NCBI GenBank assembly: GCA_012026655.1
Contig: JAAILG010000199.1
Location: 1 to 64,000 of the forward strand
Reading direction: 5' to 3'
Source: Hydrolagus affinis
Lineage: Eukaryota
Length of the DNA: 64,000 bases
Shown here: positions 24,276-37,955 of the stretch, one piece after another
Position numbering within the stretch: position 1 is the stretch's first letter
Layout of the letters: each line of letters begins with the position of its first letter
The notes under the pieces: model-generated
The model's input: only the letters and a program-made list of their open reading frames with translations
Told to the model about the DNA's origin: nothing
Databases searched by the model: none
Program-made: the position numbers and the translations under genes

Positions 24276-25590
24276 TTAAGAGTATTCGAGACTGGTTTGT
24301 TATGTATCTCTTGCAGAGACTGGCTGGAATGCTGTTAATGATTCCAGGTGAAGGGGATTTAACACTGAACAAGCCTTTTTGCAGGCATAGATTTACCTCA
24401 TTCCATCATTCTACAAAATCATTCAAGGTCAACTTGCTCAATAGAAAAATTCTTCAAAATGAATTCACTGGCTAATTACAATCGTTGCCTTTAAATGTAG
24501 CCCACAGACCTCCATCATCTGTTCCATAATTCTGATATTAGGTCACACAGATGTGATTTTATTGTTAAGATTGCAAACACTCATCTCTTCCCTCCCACAT
24601 TTTACTGCGACTTTTATGAGCAAAGCACAAGCAAAAATGAACAGAAAATAACCGTGAGATGTGTAGTACAAAACGCAGCACGATTATATCACTGGGTTAT
24701 GATGAGTATCAAATGGTGGTGCAAAAATATTTTAATGCTGTACATAACTGTACTCAGTATTCATACAGAGCAGCAGCAAGTAGTCACTGTTAATTAGCAT
24801 AACTTGTCCAAAGTGATCAACTATGGACACTGTCAAACTGTGCAAATCACAGTGCACAGTGGCAAGCTCACAGCGGTACAGGGATAAGCCCTCTCAGGCA
24901 CATTTGAATATAATGTTATCTAACACGGTAGAAATGCCCCACCAATACCTAAAAACAATAAGCACTTGGAGTTTGTTTACAAAAAAATACATACAGCTAT
25001 GTGCATTCATATCGGCTTTCAATATGCATTTCAATTCACTGGCAGTGTAATACCGCAGTATATTATGTGAGAAATGATTCATTTCAGTGTCACGTCCTGG
25101 TCAACTGGATATCGACTGTAACTCGCCACATAAATGAATTTTGCTGTGAGCTTCCTTTTGCGAACGATCAAATCTGTCAACTTGTCTCAGTGGAAAACCT
25201 CCCTAGCTGGTTACGACCAAGCTGTCTCTACAATCAATTGGGCAACTCTTGCAATTTTGCTCTGGAGGTGGATGAATTAAGCACATAGGAGCTTAACTGT
25301 CTTGTCAAACATGCACAAGATCCTTGTGTAATTAGGTCAAACAATGCAGACTGTAAGTGAGCAATCATAATAAAATACAATAATCTCCACGTTCAGCCAG
25401 TAAGGGGCCAGAACTCAACTGTATGTGGTTATTTAGGCTGTTTGAATAGTAAATGTGAAGCAATTAGCAGCAATTACTGCCAAGTGTTAATGTGTGATTT
25501 GTCACTTTTACACATCTTAATTTAGTGCTAGTGGTGAGTTCCACCACCATATGGGATGTTCTGCATGTTCAGCTGGCGTTTAATAATGTT

Positions 25591-25975
25591 AATAATAATC
25601 CTTGCATTTTATGTAACACCTATAACCTTAAAGCACTGCAAGTGTTTTACAGTGAATAGTTGTCAAGTGCAATGACTGCATTTGTACGCAAGCACAATAA
25701 CCATTTGTACACAGCAAGAAACTAAGCACAGCTAAGAGATGATTCATCAGTTTTTCTGGAGCATTGTTGGCCAAGATACTGCTTTCCCTGCTTTGCCGTT
25801 ATTTTTAAAAACGGTGGCATGGGATCATTAAACATGCACCTGAACAGACATAAAGGAGCCATAATTTTAACTTTTCCTCGGAAGGATGGCCTCTCTGGTA
25901 ATACAACACAGCAGTGCCAACCAAGATCTTAAGTATTGGCACTTGGCTCAGAATACAAGCTTCTGAGCCAAGCTA
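25591..25975 (-). mobile_element. Ancient DeuSINE, near full length, with rearranged head
   Basis: (ATT)n tail, GGTGGCATGGGATCATTAAACATGCACCTGA Deu motif, terminal CTGAGCCAAGCT. Confidence 0.7.
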
Positions 25976-26718
25976 ATTCCTGTAACTATATGAATGATGC
26001 ACAAGTTTCGCTTCTTGGTGGAATGCAGTTTTTGTCAGTTTCCGTTAAGTTTTGTCGGTTTTGTCTGACATCTGCTCCAAATAGATAAGTTCCATTAGCA
26101 TGCGTGTGACATCTCTTGCATGTGCCAGAAAAGGAGCGAAACCTGATTGTGAGGTGTAATTCTCAGTTTATTATTGTTCTGCTCTCTGTCCTATTTCATC
26201 ATTATTTTATACAAACCTGATTCTGTGTGGGTTCTGTGACACAAAGCAATTCCGCGGGATAGGATTATCCCCAGATATATTAGTCATGGACAATATCCCA
26301 CCAGATAAATTCATTGTTCACATTGTGACCACTCATTACAGGTAATCATGACTGTGTTTGAAGGCAAAAATGGCAAGTTCTTCAAAGCAATTAATTCTGA
26401 TGCAAACTAGATGCTGCCATGTTATTTACACCATATTAAATACAAGAATTATTCATTTAAAAATTATACAGTGGGACATGCACAATGTGATTGCCTCCTC
26501 TACGTGATGATGTTGCCTTGCTATGCTAGGTGGTCCTTTCCCTAGAAGACCGGCCTCCTCCAATGAAAACCAGCGTTGGATGTAGCGATCGAGTGAGGCA
26601 TCATAAAGTGATTTGTTTTCTAAAACAAAAACCATGCAGTTACCAGTAATCCTAAAACTCCTCCAATTTCATACCTCGTGCCCTATTTATAGTTGAATAT
26701 TAGCAGTGAAAGAAATTG

Positions 26719-26954
26719 CAGAATCCTGAGCTACCTTGAGCTGACGAAAGGAAAATCGCGGAAACTCATGGATATCATCGTTGATGAGACATTATTTACA
26801 GAACCAAGTTTGAACAACAATGTCTTAGCAATGATGATGTGATGTTGAAATTGTGTTCCACTATGCTTGGCCTTCATGCATTTGCAACTTTTTAGAAGGA
26901 AAGACGAGTTTCTGCGATTTTCATTTGGTCAACTCAAAATGACTCTGAATTCTG
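26719..26954. mobile_element. MITE-like element with ~49-bp imperfect terminal inverted repeats
   Basis: 26719-26767 versus the reverse complement of 26906-26954: 39/49 identical by hand count. Confidence 0.6.
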
Positions 26955-27799
26955 GGATTGCTTACAGCAGCAGTTAGATGCTCTTTTCGTGTCAAACCAA
27001 CACTGAAAGTGTAGTATAAATTAAGTTTCAGTGGTATCGATTGGATTCTGTTAATACACCTGAAGCCATCTCAGGAGACTGTTACAACAATTGACTTGAT
27101 TCATTGCCTCCAGTATCAATCGAATTTGCACTGAAGCCACTTTCAGGTGAACTTCTAAATCTAAAGAAAAATTAAGGTTTTAAGTTGTTATGGTGGGCCA
27201 TTGGACATACAGAGGTTAAATTGTGGAACATGCTGATGTGGTTAATCATCTGTTGCACTGACCTCTGAAGACAGTTTCAGCCAATGGAAGGTTTATTTTA
27301 AAAAAAAGTTGTTTCAAAATTGAGAATAAAGAAAAGAATGGAATGAAAAATATGACAAGAGAGAAATGAATGGAGACCCTCCGGGGATGTTAAGGTAATT
27401 GTAGATAATTGCATTTTTAATAATATCTACATTTCCAAAAGAAATTCAGTAACTCAAGTAGTAATTATTTTAGTGGGTTTGGGAATCACATCAGTTATAA
27501 AACCACTTACTCTGGACTTATCAGCCAAATGAAGGCTAATAGCATATTTGAAAAACAGTGCTAAATGGATGATGCAGAACCATTAGTTTAGTCTCTTCCT
27601 AATTAATTAGCGGTTTAATTGGTGATTTTCTACTAGGTTTAACATTTGCAATCAATCCACAGTCCAGAATATGACTTAGTAGTAATTTGGCCAAAGTAGA
27701 TTTAAAGTACTTTAAACAGACAACCTAATACTGTATCACTCATTCGTGTGACAGTATTTGAGACTGAATTCATTTACATATAACAGATCACAAAATGAT

Positions 27800-28080
27800 A
27801 TAATAATCCGTGTCATTGATGCTTATCACGTTGGTGAGACATCTCAAAGCGCTTCACAGAATATCCTGTAAAGTGTAGTGACTGTGCTTTTTGCAAAACA
27901 CAACAGCCAACTATGCACAGCAATATCCCACAAACATATGTGAATTGAGTGACCAATTTATTATTTATTGGAGAGATTATTAACCCCCTGAAAAGTGATC
28001 CACCTATCAACTGACAAGTAAGTGTCTACGTACTGCTAGGTAAACAGACCGGTGTGGAGTAAGGAAACTTACCTAAGAAT
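27800..28080 (-). mobile_element. SINE (long subfamily) lacking its tRNA head
   Basis: Tail and body plus the extra block TGTTTACCTAGCAGTACGTAG after AAGTTTCCTTACTCCAC. Confidence 0.8.
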
Positions 28081-28409
28081 TCACCCCAACTTGCAACATG
28101 CTTGCAGCAGAATAAATCACTTTCTACTAATGTGCATTTGCTAATCAACAAGAGAAACCCAAGAACCAGGTCTAGAAAACTGTAAGAATTTATATTACGT
28201 TAATGCTTGGAATTCGGTTTACAAAAGTGTGATTCAGCTTTTATCATAGCAGCTACTTATGAAATTATAACTCCAGAACTTCAGTGGAAGTTCTCAGTCT
28301 CTACATTGTAAAGTCTCAATTTTGTGGTTTTGAGATCTTATCCCTATTCTGCAGTTCAGTTCCCGTCCACTTATAGTTTACTTCCACAATGATTCTCTGC
28401 AGTGTTATT

Positions 28410-28660
28410 GTAATAATAATCATCCTTGCATTTGAAAATAGAGCCTTATCACGTCGCTGAGACATCTCACAGCGCCTTGGAGAACATACCATGAAGTGAA
28501 TTGACGTATATATATATTTTGTGGACGAAACGCGGCAGGGTTCCCCCACAAACAAGCATGGAATTGAGTGACCAAATTATAAAAAAATTTTTAGCGAACG
28601 GATTATTACTCCTGGAAGAGCGATCCGTCAATTGCCTAACAATCCTTAACAGACAGTGTC
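28410..28660 (-). mobile_element. SINE (long subfamily), 5'-truncated
   Basis: Tail plus GTTAGGCAATTGACGGATC block shared with the 10840 copy. Confidence 0.8.
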
Positions 28661-29770
28661 AACCAAGGAGGGACATTAAAAAATTTCGGAAAAAGAAAGT
28701 GGGTATGTGTGTTTTTAAAAAAAAATAATAAATGTGATTACAGTGTAATATTATGGAATGACACTAATCTAATCACCACTAATGTTTAAGAAAACATGAA
28801 AGTTTTACACTGATAGTGCAATGTAACGATGGTTCCATTTACACTTCCTGGTAATAAACTTTCATTTAATTTTATTTTTCAAAAGTAATATAAATGGTTT
28901 CGGAAATTAAGTTCCATCAATGAGAGAATATTATTCTGTATTGGTATTTATGATTTAAGTCTTTCAAAACAGGAAAAATAATTCCTTTGAAACTGATGGC
29001 CTTTGCAGATCAAATAGCCCTTGCAGTAATTGGCAATCAAATAATGTTCCAATTTCAATAGAAGTTAGCAAAGAAAAATGCTAGAAGGGGCTCTTCATTG
29101 ATGAGTTGTCATAGTTATGACCCGTTCTTTCAAGGGCAGACAAAAATGAACAATGATTTACTGATTTAAACTGCACGAGAGGTCAAAAAATCCCCCAAAG
29201 TAATGCATTATCACACATGTGAAGTCATTATTGGACAGTAATGGTGTTTAAAGTTCTGACTTTTTTGTGATAAGCTCTTGTTTGATATTAATCAGAATGA
29301 GGTTCAAAATTAATACAATTCTAAACTCTCTAAATGCAAAAAAATTGTATTACTTAAAGGAAATATGAAAATCCAATTGCATTTTATGTTTGAATCTGAT
29401 AGATCATATTGTAATGCACCCATCTGCATTTGCCTTGTGGCATTACATTATGTCCAAGATAAACACTGGACTAGTTTTGAATTGGTATTATAGCTATTGC
29501 CAAAGTTGATGTTCAATCACTTCTGCCACTTTTCTAGGTCAGTATTTCGGACTTCTTAGTTGGTGCAAAGTCAAACTAAACTTTGGAAAGAAGGATAATA
29601 TTCTTAGTTTGCTACAGCTGCATTTTTCCCTTTTGGAATGAATGTACAGTAATTAGCAACATAACGTGCCTCAAACAAACCGGGAAATTTATTACAAAAA
29701 CCATTAACATATCATGTTTTGCTACCTTTATGAAAGTGATGTTAAAAAGGCAGTTTGAGTTCCAGATATT

Positions 29771-30140
29771 CAACAACAACAAAGTTACATTTATAGAGCG
29801 TCTTTCATGTCGGGAGGACATCCCAAGGCACTGAACAGTCAGGTCGAGACCCGAGCAAGAGAGAGGGGCAGGGTAGGTGGGAGGGGCGAGAGAGATTTAG
29901 GAGGGGAGGGAGAGAGTTGGGAGGGCAGCAGAAGGCATGGTCGAAGAGGAGGGTTCTGAGACCAGTCTTGAAGGAGGCAAGTGAGGGAGCGAGGTGAAGG
30001 GACTGTGGGATGGAGTTCCAGAGTGTGGGGGCAGAGAGGCTGAAAGCACATCCGCCGATGGTAGGGCAGGTTGGTGGGGGACATGGAGCAGGCCGGAGCC
30101 TGCTGAATGGAGGGGGCGAGGAGGTTTATAGTGGGTACCG
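29771..30140 (-). mobile_element. L2-clade LINE 3' fragment
   Basis: YKPPRPLHSAGSGLLHVP; (TTG)n tail. Confidence 0.9.
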
Positions 30141-33100
30141 GTGATAGAGACAGAAGCAGCTGAAATGATCGGTTGCCTCACGTGCGACTTGCTGTTACTG
30201 CAGACTCTCAAAATGACAGTGCATCAGGCATCTATGCTCACATGTCCCGAGCTTCACAATGTCTTAAGATCAGGGTCAATCATAGTCACGGACTTGCTGG
30301 TAAATGTCAAAATATTTGTAAAATTCACAAATCATGCTACACTGCACTGATATTTCCCATGCTTTCACTATTGATTACTATTGACATTGTGCAGTTCAGT
30401 GCATGTAAGTGCATGCAGGATGCCTTGACTGTGTTGGTTAATGGCAAAGAGTCACAAGTAGTAAATAGAAACAAAAAAAACAAACCTTTTCTAAATTAAA
30501 ACACGTGTTGAGGTTGAAAGGAGCATAATTCAGAGAACACACACTCAGTCTGTGATGCCAAACATCTTCTCATACATATGCTGGTGTCATGATCTAGCTC
30601 TTAAAATGCTATAATCTATAGGGATGTAGGATGACTTACTTTAACCTGTGATTGCAGGGAGATACAAACATATTTATGTCCCAAGCAAGAAGTGAAATCG
30701 GAAGAATGTTTTCCTCCATATCTCAGATATACAGTAGTCTGTAATATTATCTTCTCTTCCCGGGGAGCTTCCACTGGAGTTAACTTTGCCAGTTATTTAG
30801 AAGAACCATCTCAAAGTCCTGCACAACAAGAGCAATGGACACAGAGCAAGTAGTGGGAGGAAATTGGATGCAGCTGGAAAAGATAGGCCTTCGAAAGATT
30901 TTTGAGAGAGGCATTTCTCATTTGAAGTGCAGAATAAAATGTTATTGAGCCAATGTTGCTTGCAGACAGTGCATGTGTGTTTTTGCTGGGATGGCATCAT
31001 GGTGACTTATGACTACAACCAATTCTCCTTTACTTTTAAATAAATGTTCAATTGTTGGCATTTCTTGTTTCATGGATATTTGCCTTTTTTCCATTTTTCC
31101 AACCTTCCTCTGGGATCTGTTCCGGTGGAACAGCTTAAAAAGGCTTGTAATTGTGAGCATGAAATGTTAATATTTCAAAATGTTCTGAATGTTCAATGTA
31201 TTCAAATTTACTTCTGTGAGGAGAGATTGTTCATCATGGCTAATGCCCCAATTAGTGCATGGTGTGAAATAAAATGGTTTGCAGCCAAATAGGTGAGATG
31301 CCCAGTTTGTTCTATAATGCTAATTTTTCTATTGATTGGTATGAACAATTATAATGAAAAAGTAATTGCAGACACATTTCACAGTCCCCAGGTGGCTAAA
31401 TCAATTCTGGAGCAGATCAACTTTTGTGTGATTTTAATAATTATATTTCGGGAACGCTAGTCAGATGGAAATAATGAAAATTGTTTTGATATTGGGTAAA
31501 GGCATAATCACACAAAAAAATTCACAAAGTGGGATTTCTTATGTTAAAGATATGTTTCTTGCTTCACAAACATACTGCTTCATTTTTGGAAGATGCAATT
31601 TGTGTTCCAAAGTACAGTACAGTATATATAAAAAGAAACAATTATTGGCTAAATCTTTAGACAATTGATCTACGTTCACAACGCAAATGTTATCTAACCT
31701 GCGGGATTCTGAAGCAGATACGATTGACAAGAATATTGCTCATAATATATACTGTACTAGGCTTCTTAAATCATACAATATGATCAATACTTCCCATAGA
31801 TTATGCTAAAATAATAGTGTTTCAATAACATTGTCTGCTATTCTACTAAGTATTAAATCCATATATTTTCCAATACTGTAGCTTCAATTGCAATGCCATA
31901 TCTGAGTATAATCACACCAGGCATGAAGTTGGCATGCTGCTCCATTTGCTAACTTTGAAAACAAATATCCTAAATGAAATGTGCTACAAGAGTTCTTTAT
32001 TGGGCAATTGATTAAATGAAGTATTATGGGAATGGTTTTCCTTACGGCCTGATGAAAAGCAGGCAAGGCTGAAAATGTAGAAAGGCACACCAAGGGATTT
32101 AAAACTGAGCATGAATTTTACCCTTAAGACTCTCTGCTGGCGATGAGATATGAAATGCTTCTATAATTAGAGAAGAGCTACTTTGCACCATTGGACCCTA
32201 ATGTGCTATGTGCCTCTAATCCTCCACATGCTGTGTTTCAGATCACACACACAGTGGGGAGTACAAGCAGAAATCAGACACTACCTATATTGGCGGCCAA
32301 ATCCCTCTGGGCCTCCCCTTTGCAAATCGACTCACAACGAGTGAAAGTACATGACTGGAAGGGGCCTTTTTGCAGGCTGTTACCTATTTTCTTGGCAAGA
32401 GCTGGTGTGAAATGGATGGAGGCAACAAAAAGGTGAGGGAATAACAGCTTTTAAGGAATGAACTGAAAGCAAGGTGAAAGTACATTGCCCACAGGAAGCA
32501 AACTGGACAGTTTCAGGCTCCCAAGCAAAAAGTAGTCCTTTTTCAATGTGACGAAAGGTAAACTGACTGACTCATAGTCAGTCACCAACTGACTGATGGT
32601 GATGAACTGTTCCACATTTTAGTTGTGAACAACTGAAAATAGTGGAACAAATGTTGGATTTTTGATTCTGAATTAGATTTGCAACACCTGTCACCTTCAA
32701 AGAGTGTACATTATATGGAAACTCCTGAGTAAGGCAGTAGATAAGTCTTAACATCAATTACAGAGCATTCATTCAGTAAAGCACTCAATTTGAATGACTT
32801 CATAAAACTGATCTATTTTATTTAGTATTTTGATTAATATAAATATTGATTGTGATAGTGAACTCATGTGACATAAGGAAAGCAAATGTCTAGCAAAACA
32901 ATTGCAAATATTTTAGCCTATATTCTTCAATTGGGATTTACCGTATTGAATGTTTTCATAATCTTAAACATCACCATCGGGTTCTACAGTTAGCTTGGAA
33001 TAGTAACTGTGGAACTTACTGTGGAATAGTAAGTGTGTGTGTACAATCAGGAATTAGCATTCTCAATACCATATCTGTATTCAAGGTGCACTCAATAAGA

Positions 33101-33547
33101 GTAAATTAAAAATATTATTAATCAAAATGATTGTCATAAAATGACTTAAACCTCCTTTTTAACAGTAAAGACACACACACAATATACTGCCTTCAAGAGG
33201 CATTGAGTAAAATTATCTGGATTAACTTTAAGATGTTGTTCTGACAACCAGACTTGCTTCACTTGCTTCCAAGCCGTCAATAGTAAGTAGAATGAATGAG
33301 ATCAATTTTAAAGAAATGATTTGCAGAAAGCATTTGTTGATCACTTTAAATGGTGGAGCTTTCAAGAGCAAGTTACAATTTCACTCAAAGCACAAGAACG
33401 CAAGTGCATTGAATGCACACACAATCTCTGTGGAGAGGGCACAATTTGCACTTGTGCTTTGAGTGCAGTTCAAAAAGATTATTTTAAGATCTTAAGGAAA
33501 TCAAACTTTATATTGATTTAGAGCTAAAGTATGGCTACTTCCCTGGA

Positions 33548-33628
33548 GGTTTCATCCAGCATTACATGTTACTCTCCACGTCACGTATATTACCCATTCA
33601 TTGGAGTATCAGAGCCCTAACAGTATGC
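33548..33628 (+). repeat. Left arm of an 81-bp inverted repeat
   Basis: Identical to the reverse complement of 34778-34870 apart from a 12-nt indel. Confidence 0.95.
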
Positions 33629-34249
33629 GAGCCAGTAAAATTTAACAACAATTGTTAGCAGTACATTTAGAAGTTATTACTTCTGGAAACTCAAGTGAAT
33701 GTTAGCGTCAAAAAACACAGCGGGATTTTGAAGGAATAGATCAAATTGAAGTTTACCTACCAGTGAAGTTTTCAATGCACTTTGTTATATTACTAAAAGC
33801 CCTGAAAATACAAAGCATAAGATCTTAAAATCTGCAGGTTCCAGCTCTCAGGAGAAAAAGCAACTTGGTGTTCACAATGCCTTAGACAAACTGGTATGTA
33901 TCAGATAAAGGAGGGACATTGACTAGTCTTAGGGCAATGGTTACAAATGACTCTGCCCAGGTTTGAAATCCAGTATTTATTAAAGGACATATAATAATAA
34001 TAAAGTTTTAATGGTGGAAATTGTGATCTTTGCATCCTTTCTATCATGTGCGGACATCATTGGACTTCTTTGGGCCGAAGATTTTCTACATTCAGGGAAA
34101 ATGTTGGAATACATTTGTAAACAGCACTGATAAAAACAACTTAGTACTTCAGTTGTTTCAGTAATACACACATGCACTTGGCAATACAAGTTTCTCCAGA
34201 CTTCCTTTTCACTATTTTACAATACACAACTCCTATGGTATTCTAATGC

Positions 34250-34620
34250 TATAAATGATGTCCTCTTGTTTAGATTCCTCCTATTCAAGGGAAAACATGT
34301 CCACTATCCAGTCTGTCAATTTCCTTTATTATTTTATCTAAATGAAATCACTGCATAGCCTCCTCACATTTTAAGGAGCCAAACCTAGCTAGATTCTTTT
34401 CATAATAAAGCTTTTTTTAATCTCAGATATTAATCTAGTGAATTGTCTTTGGATACCTTTAGGGCTGAATCGTATCTGGCAAAACTGAATACCATACACC
34501 AAATGAGATCTAGCCAGAAGTCTACATGACCGCAGCAATACTCCTTTGATATTCCAGATCTTTGTTATGAAGCTCAGTATCCCATTCGTCTTATTGATTG
34601 CTTTATTCCTTTACTGCCAT
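34250..34620 (-). mobile_element. Highly degraded CR1 fragment
   Basis: AAAACTGAATACCATACACCAAATGAGATCTAGCCAG...AGCAATACTCC parallels 21621-21690 of the younger CR1. Confidence 0.65.
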
Positions 34621-34777
34621 TCATCAAATAAAAGTGTGTTGCTTCTGTTAGTTAAAGAGTATCAGTCATGTCCTGCGATGAATGCCTTACACAAAAACTA
34701 TTGAAAGAGGATTTTCAACTTCAATTTCTCGCATTAGTATTAAACACTTAATTCCAAGGTGAAATCATAATTTTAAA

Positions 34778-34870
34778 GCATACTGTTAGGGCTCTGATAC
34801 TCCAATGAATGGGTAATATACCAACTGGTGCATGTGACGTGGAGAGTAACATGTAATGCTGGATGAAACC
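34778..34870 (-). repeat. Right arm of the inverted repeat (93 bp including a 12-nt insert)
   Basis: Reverse complement equals the left arm with ATGCACCAGTTG inserted after arm position 37. Confidence 0.95.
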
Positions 34871-35749
34871 CTCAGCTTCTAAGCTATCATTAAACGTAAC
34901 CTAGCATCAATGCCCTCAGATAGTTTCAATATCCATTTCATTCTAGTACACAGCAATTTCATAGATGGGATGCATGGAACTCTGAGTTTGAGAACTCTAA
35001 GCACAGTGATGGGTTTCCACATGAGTCAGGAAATATTGTAGTAACCACAAAACTGGAGAGAAAAAAATAATATAATGTGTACCAGTCATCTTGGGAGTCA
35101 ATCTGTTGTGTGAAATGAGTCAACATGTGTCAACTCAATTGGTTCAATTGTAAATCTCAATCACAAACCCACAGATGTCAACATATATATTTGTTGCAAA
35201 TATACTGTTACCTATTTGTGGAAGAAATCAAACAAAATCCTTCAGTCATAAAATTACAGTGACATCGAACCCCAAGCCAGTTTGGAAGCCACTACTCATT
35301 GTAAAATATAATAAAATACATGGACCATTGTTGCTAAAAAATTCTATTGATTTATTTTTGATCACACAAGATCTGGTATATTTATATTTGTAAGTCAGAG
35401 AGGATTTGAGAGGCAAGGTCAGCTTCACACGGTTGTCTGAATTCTCCTTCCCAGCTCCTTGAATACAAACAACAGTCCTGGCAGAACACTGACCCACTAA
35501 GTACTGAAATGGATCTAGCATTGATTGTTTTCACAGCCTGTTGAAGAGCATTAGCCTTGAGCTCCTGTTGCGAATAGCTCCTTTGTTTATTGGTTATGGT
35601 CAGAACTGAGATGTGGGTCCTTTTAATGGTGGCAATTATCTGTGTTTATAGGGTTTCCATGAAGACCAGTGTCATTTTCTTTACTTTCTACATTGTCATT
35701 CAGCAGTTAAGAGGGTACAGTGGTGGACATAATTTGGTGACCAATAACT

Positions 35750-35937
35750 AGAGGATTATTGACCAGGCTACCAAGAGAGACTCCCTTCTTCTTTCAACTA
35801 GTGCCATGGGATCTTCATGTCTACATGAACATGCAGACAAGACCTTGGAGTATTAACTAGAATATAAGCTCAAAGTCCCAACATGATGCTTGAACCCTTC
35901 CCTACAACTTAGGCGAGAGTGCTACCAACTCAGCTGA
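35750..35937 (-). mobile_element. Ancient DeuSINE fragment
   Basis: TAGTGCCATGGGATCTTCATGTC (Deu motif) and GGCGAGAGTGCTACCAACT (reverse complement of a tRNA head). Confidence 0.7.
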
Positions 35938-36504
35938 TAACAATACAATTACAGTTTGTGTAGAATTACAAGAAAAACAGCAATAAATAATAAATTAATA
36001 AACAATAAATTAAAATCAACATTTATGCTATTATTAATGATTGGTTCATATCATTGTTCTTTTATTCTTCTGATTTGTCATGAATAATTTTACATTTTAA
36101 GCTAAATTTACTTTTATTAAACCACCAAATCTCAACAACTTACTGCATAAGAATTTCACCTTGTCAACTGTGTCAGGGAGGTTGAATATGGTTCAGTTAC
36201 AGAGACTGCACTCAACAAAAACATCAAGATTTGGAGCCTCAAGAAATGTATGGAGACAGTTTTAAACCTCCTATCTATCCTAATGAATTCATGTCTATTT
36301 CCTTATTAGTAATTTATGATTTTCAAAGTGAATAATATGTGAAAAGCAAGAATGGCAGTGGACCACATATTTTATGGGACACTTTAATATATGTATTTGT
36401 TTAATCTGCATATGCCTTTCATGAAATTTTGCTCCTAGTAATAGAGACTAAGTCAATTTACGGTTCCTCACTTTGAAGTGAAGGGCAACTACTACACAAG
36501 CTTA

Positions 36505-36650
36505 TTTTTGTAGGTATTATCAATGCGGTATTATTTCCATCATGTTCGCCTACAAATTATGCAGTCACTCCATTTTAGAGTAAATCCTGTGAAGCACTTT
36601 GTTACATCCTCTGAACATGAAAAATACATTAAATGCAAGGCTTATTATCC
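36505..36650 (+). mobile_element. Degraded SINE 3' half
   Basis: CTGTGAAGCACTTTG...AAATGCAAGGCTTATTAT. Confidence 0.6.
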
Positions 36651-37955
36651 ATAATCAGTAAGCGTTTTGTTTGCAAAGTTTGAACTTTGATCCAAAAGAC
36701 CCCACATAACTCTGCCCGTGCCATGTTTGTATGTAGCTTACAAATTCAGTGTAAATGACAGTCAAATAATTGGACAAAAGCCTCCATTGAATCACTTTCA
36801 GACTTCAGGATTGACAGACTCATATTGACTAAATATTCACTGCAGCCAAGAGAGAAGCAGCAGTCTCTCTACAGGAGTGCTAATATTGCCAGTCCACGAC
36901 TGCGCAAACCTCAGAATTTTGTGGTAAAATCATCTTAGCAGGCTTTTTGCATTGAACTACCAATTTTCCTACCACTGGCATCCAGTGGTGGTTCCCTGAC
37001 AGTCCCAATTGAATGTGAAAATTGAATATGCCACATCCCCTTTTTCTCGTTCATCCGCCCCACGGATTAATGACCTTGGTAGCTGTTCAGTGGGAGGCCA
37101 TTTATTGCCTTCCTGAACTGTTTACAAGTTTTTTTCACAAGATTGATATTCTGAATTTCAAATTACATTGACAGATGGAGAACGGATGGCTGTGCCCAAG
37201 TGTAGTAGTTCTCTAACATTTACCTTTAACCAGTAAACCTCAGGTGTCTGGACCAAGCCTTCACATTAATATTGGCATTAGAGTTGACAGGAACTCACCT
37301 CTTGACAGAAGCAACTCTATCAATATCAGTGCTAATGGGCATTCGATTCTCAACAGTACCATCAGTGAAATGATAATCAGTCTGCAGTGAGTTCCATGTT
37401 GGTAATGATGAGGATTTTAACATAATGATGGCATTCTGGACAAAAGTAGTTCCCAGGGAAGACAATTCAGGGTTTTTCAGCTTTCCAAACCATAAAATAC
37501 AAGTAATCTACCATTGCAATCCAGAGCATACATATCTTATATCTCTCATTAGCTATCCACAATCTGTATATTCACTCCCAGGCTGTCAGATACTGTATGC
37601 AAATTCAATGAACAGCCATAAATATTCCACTTGCCACACAATCTAGTAACTTTGACTGTATACTTTGACTATTCCTTTGTGAGGAAATCCTATTTTGTGA
37701 AAGTATTGTTAAACTCACTATCTTAGTCAAACACCCTGTTAATATTCACGACTGAGCATAACAATGAAGAATTCCGATAAGGGTATGAAACAAACAAAGT
37801 CTCAGGCTGGAAACATTTTGGAATGCTGACTTATTTTTAGAGCAGAACATATCAGAATAGTGGTTCAAATCTAGGTTGACAAGAAAGAATTTAAAATAAT
37901 CATATTTGACCCTCTTGAGCGTGGAGTTCAGTTTGTCACCTGTCTATGAATATTT

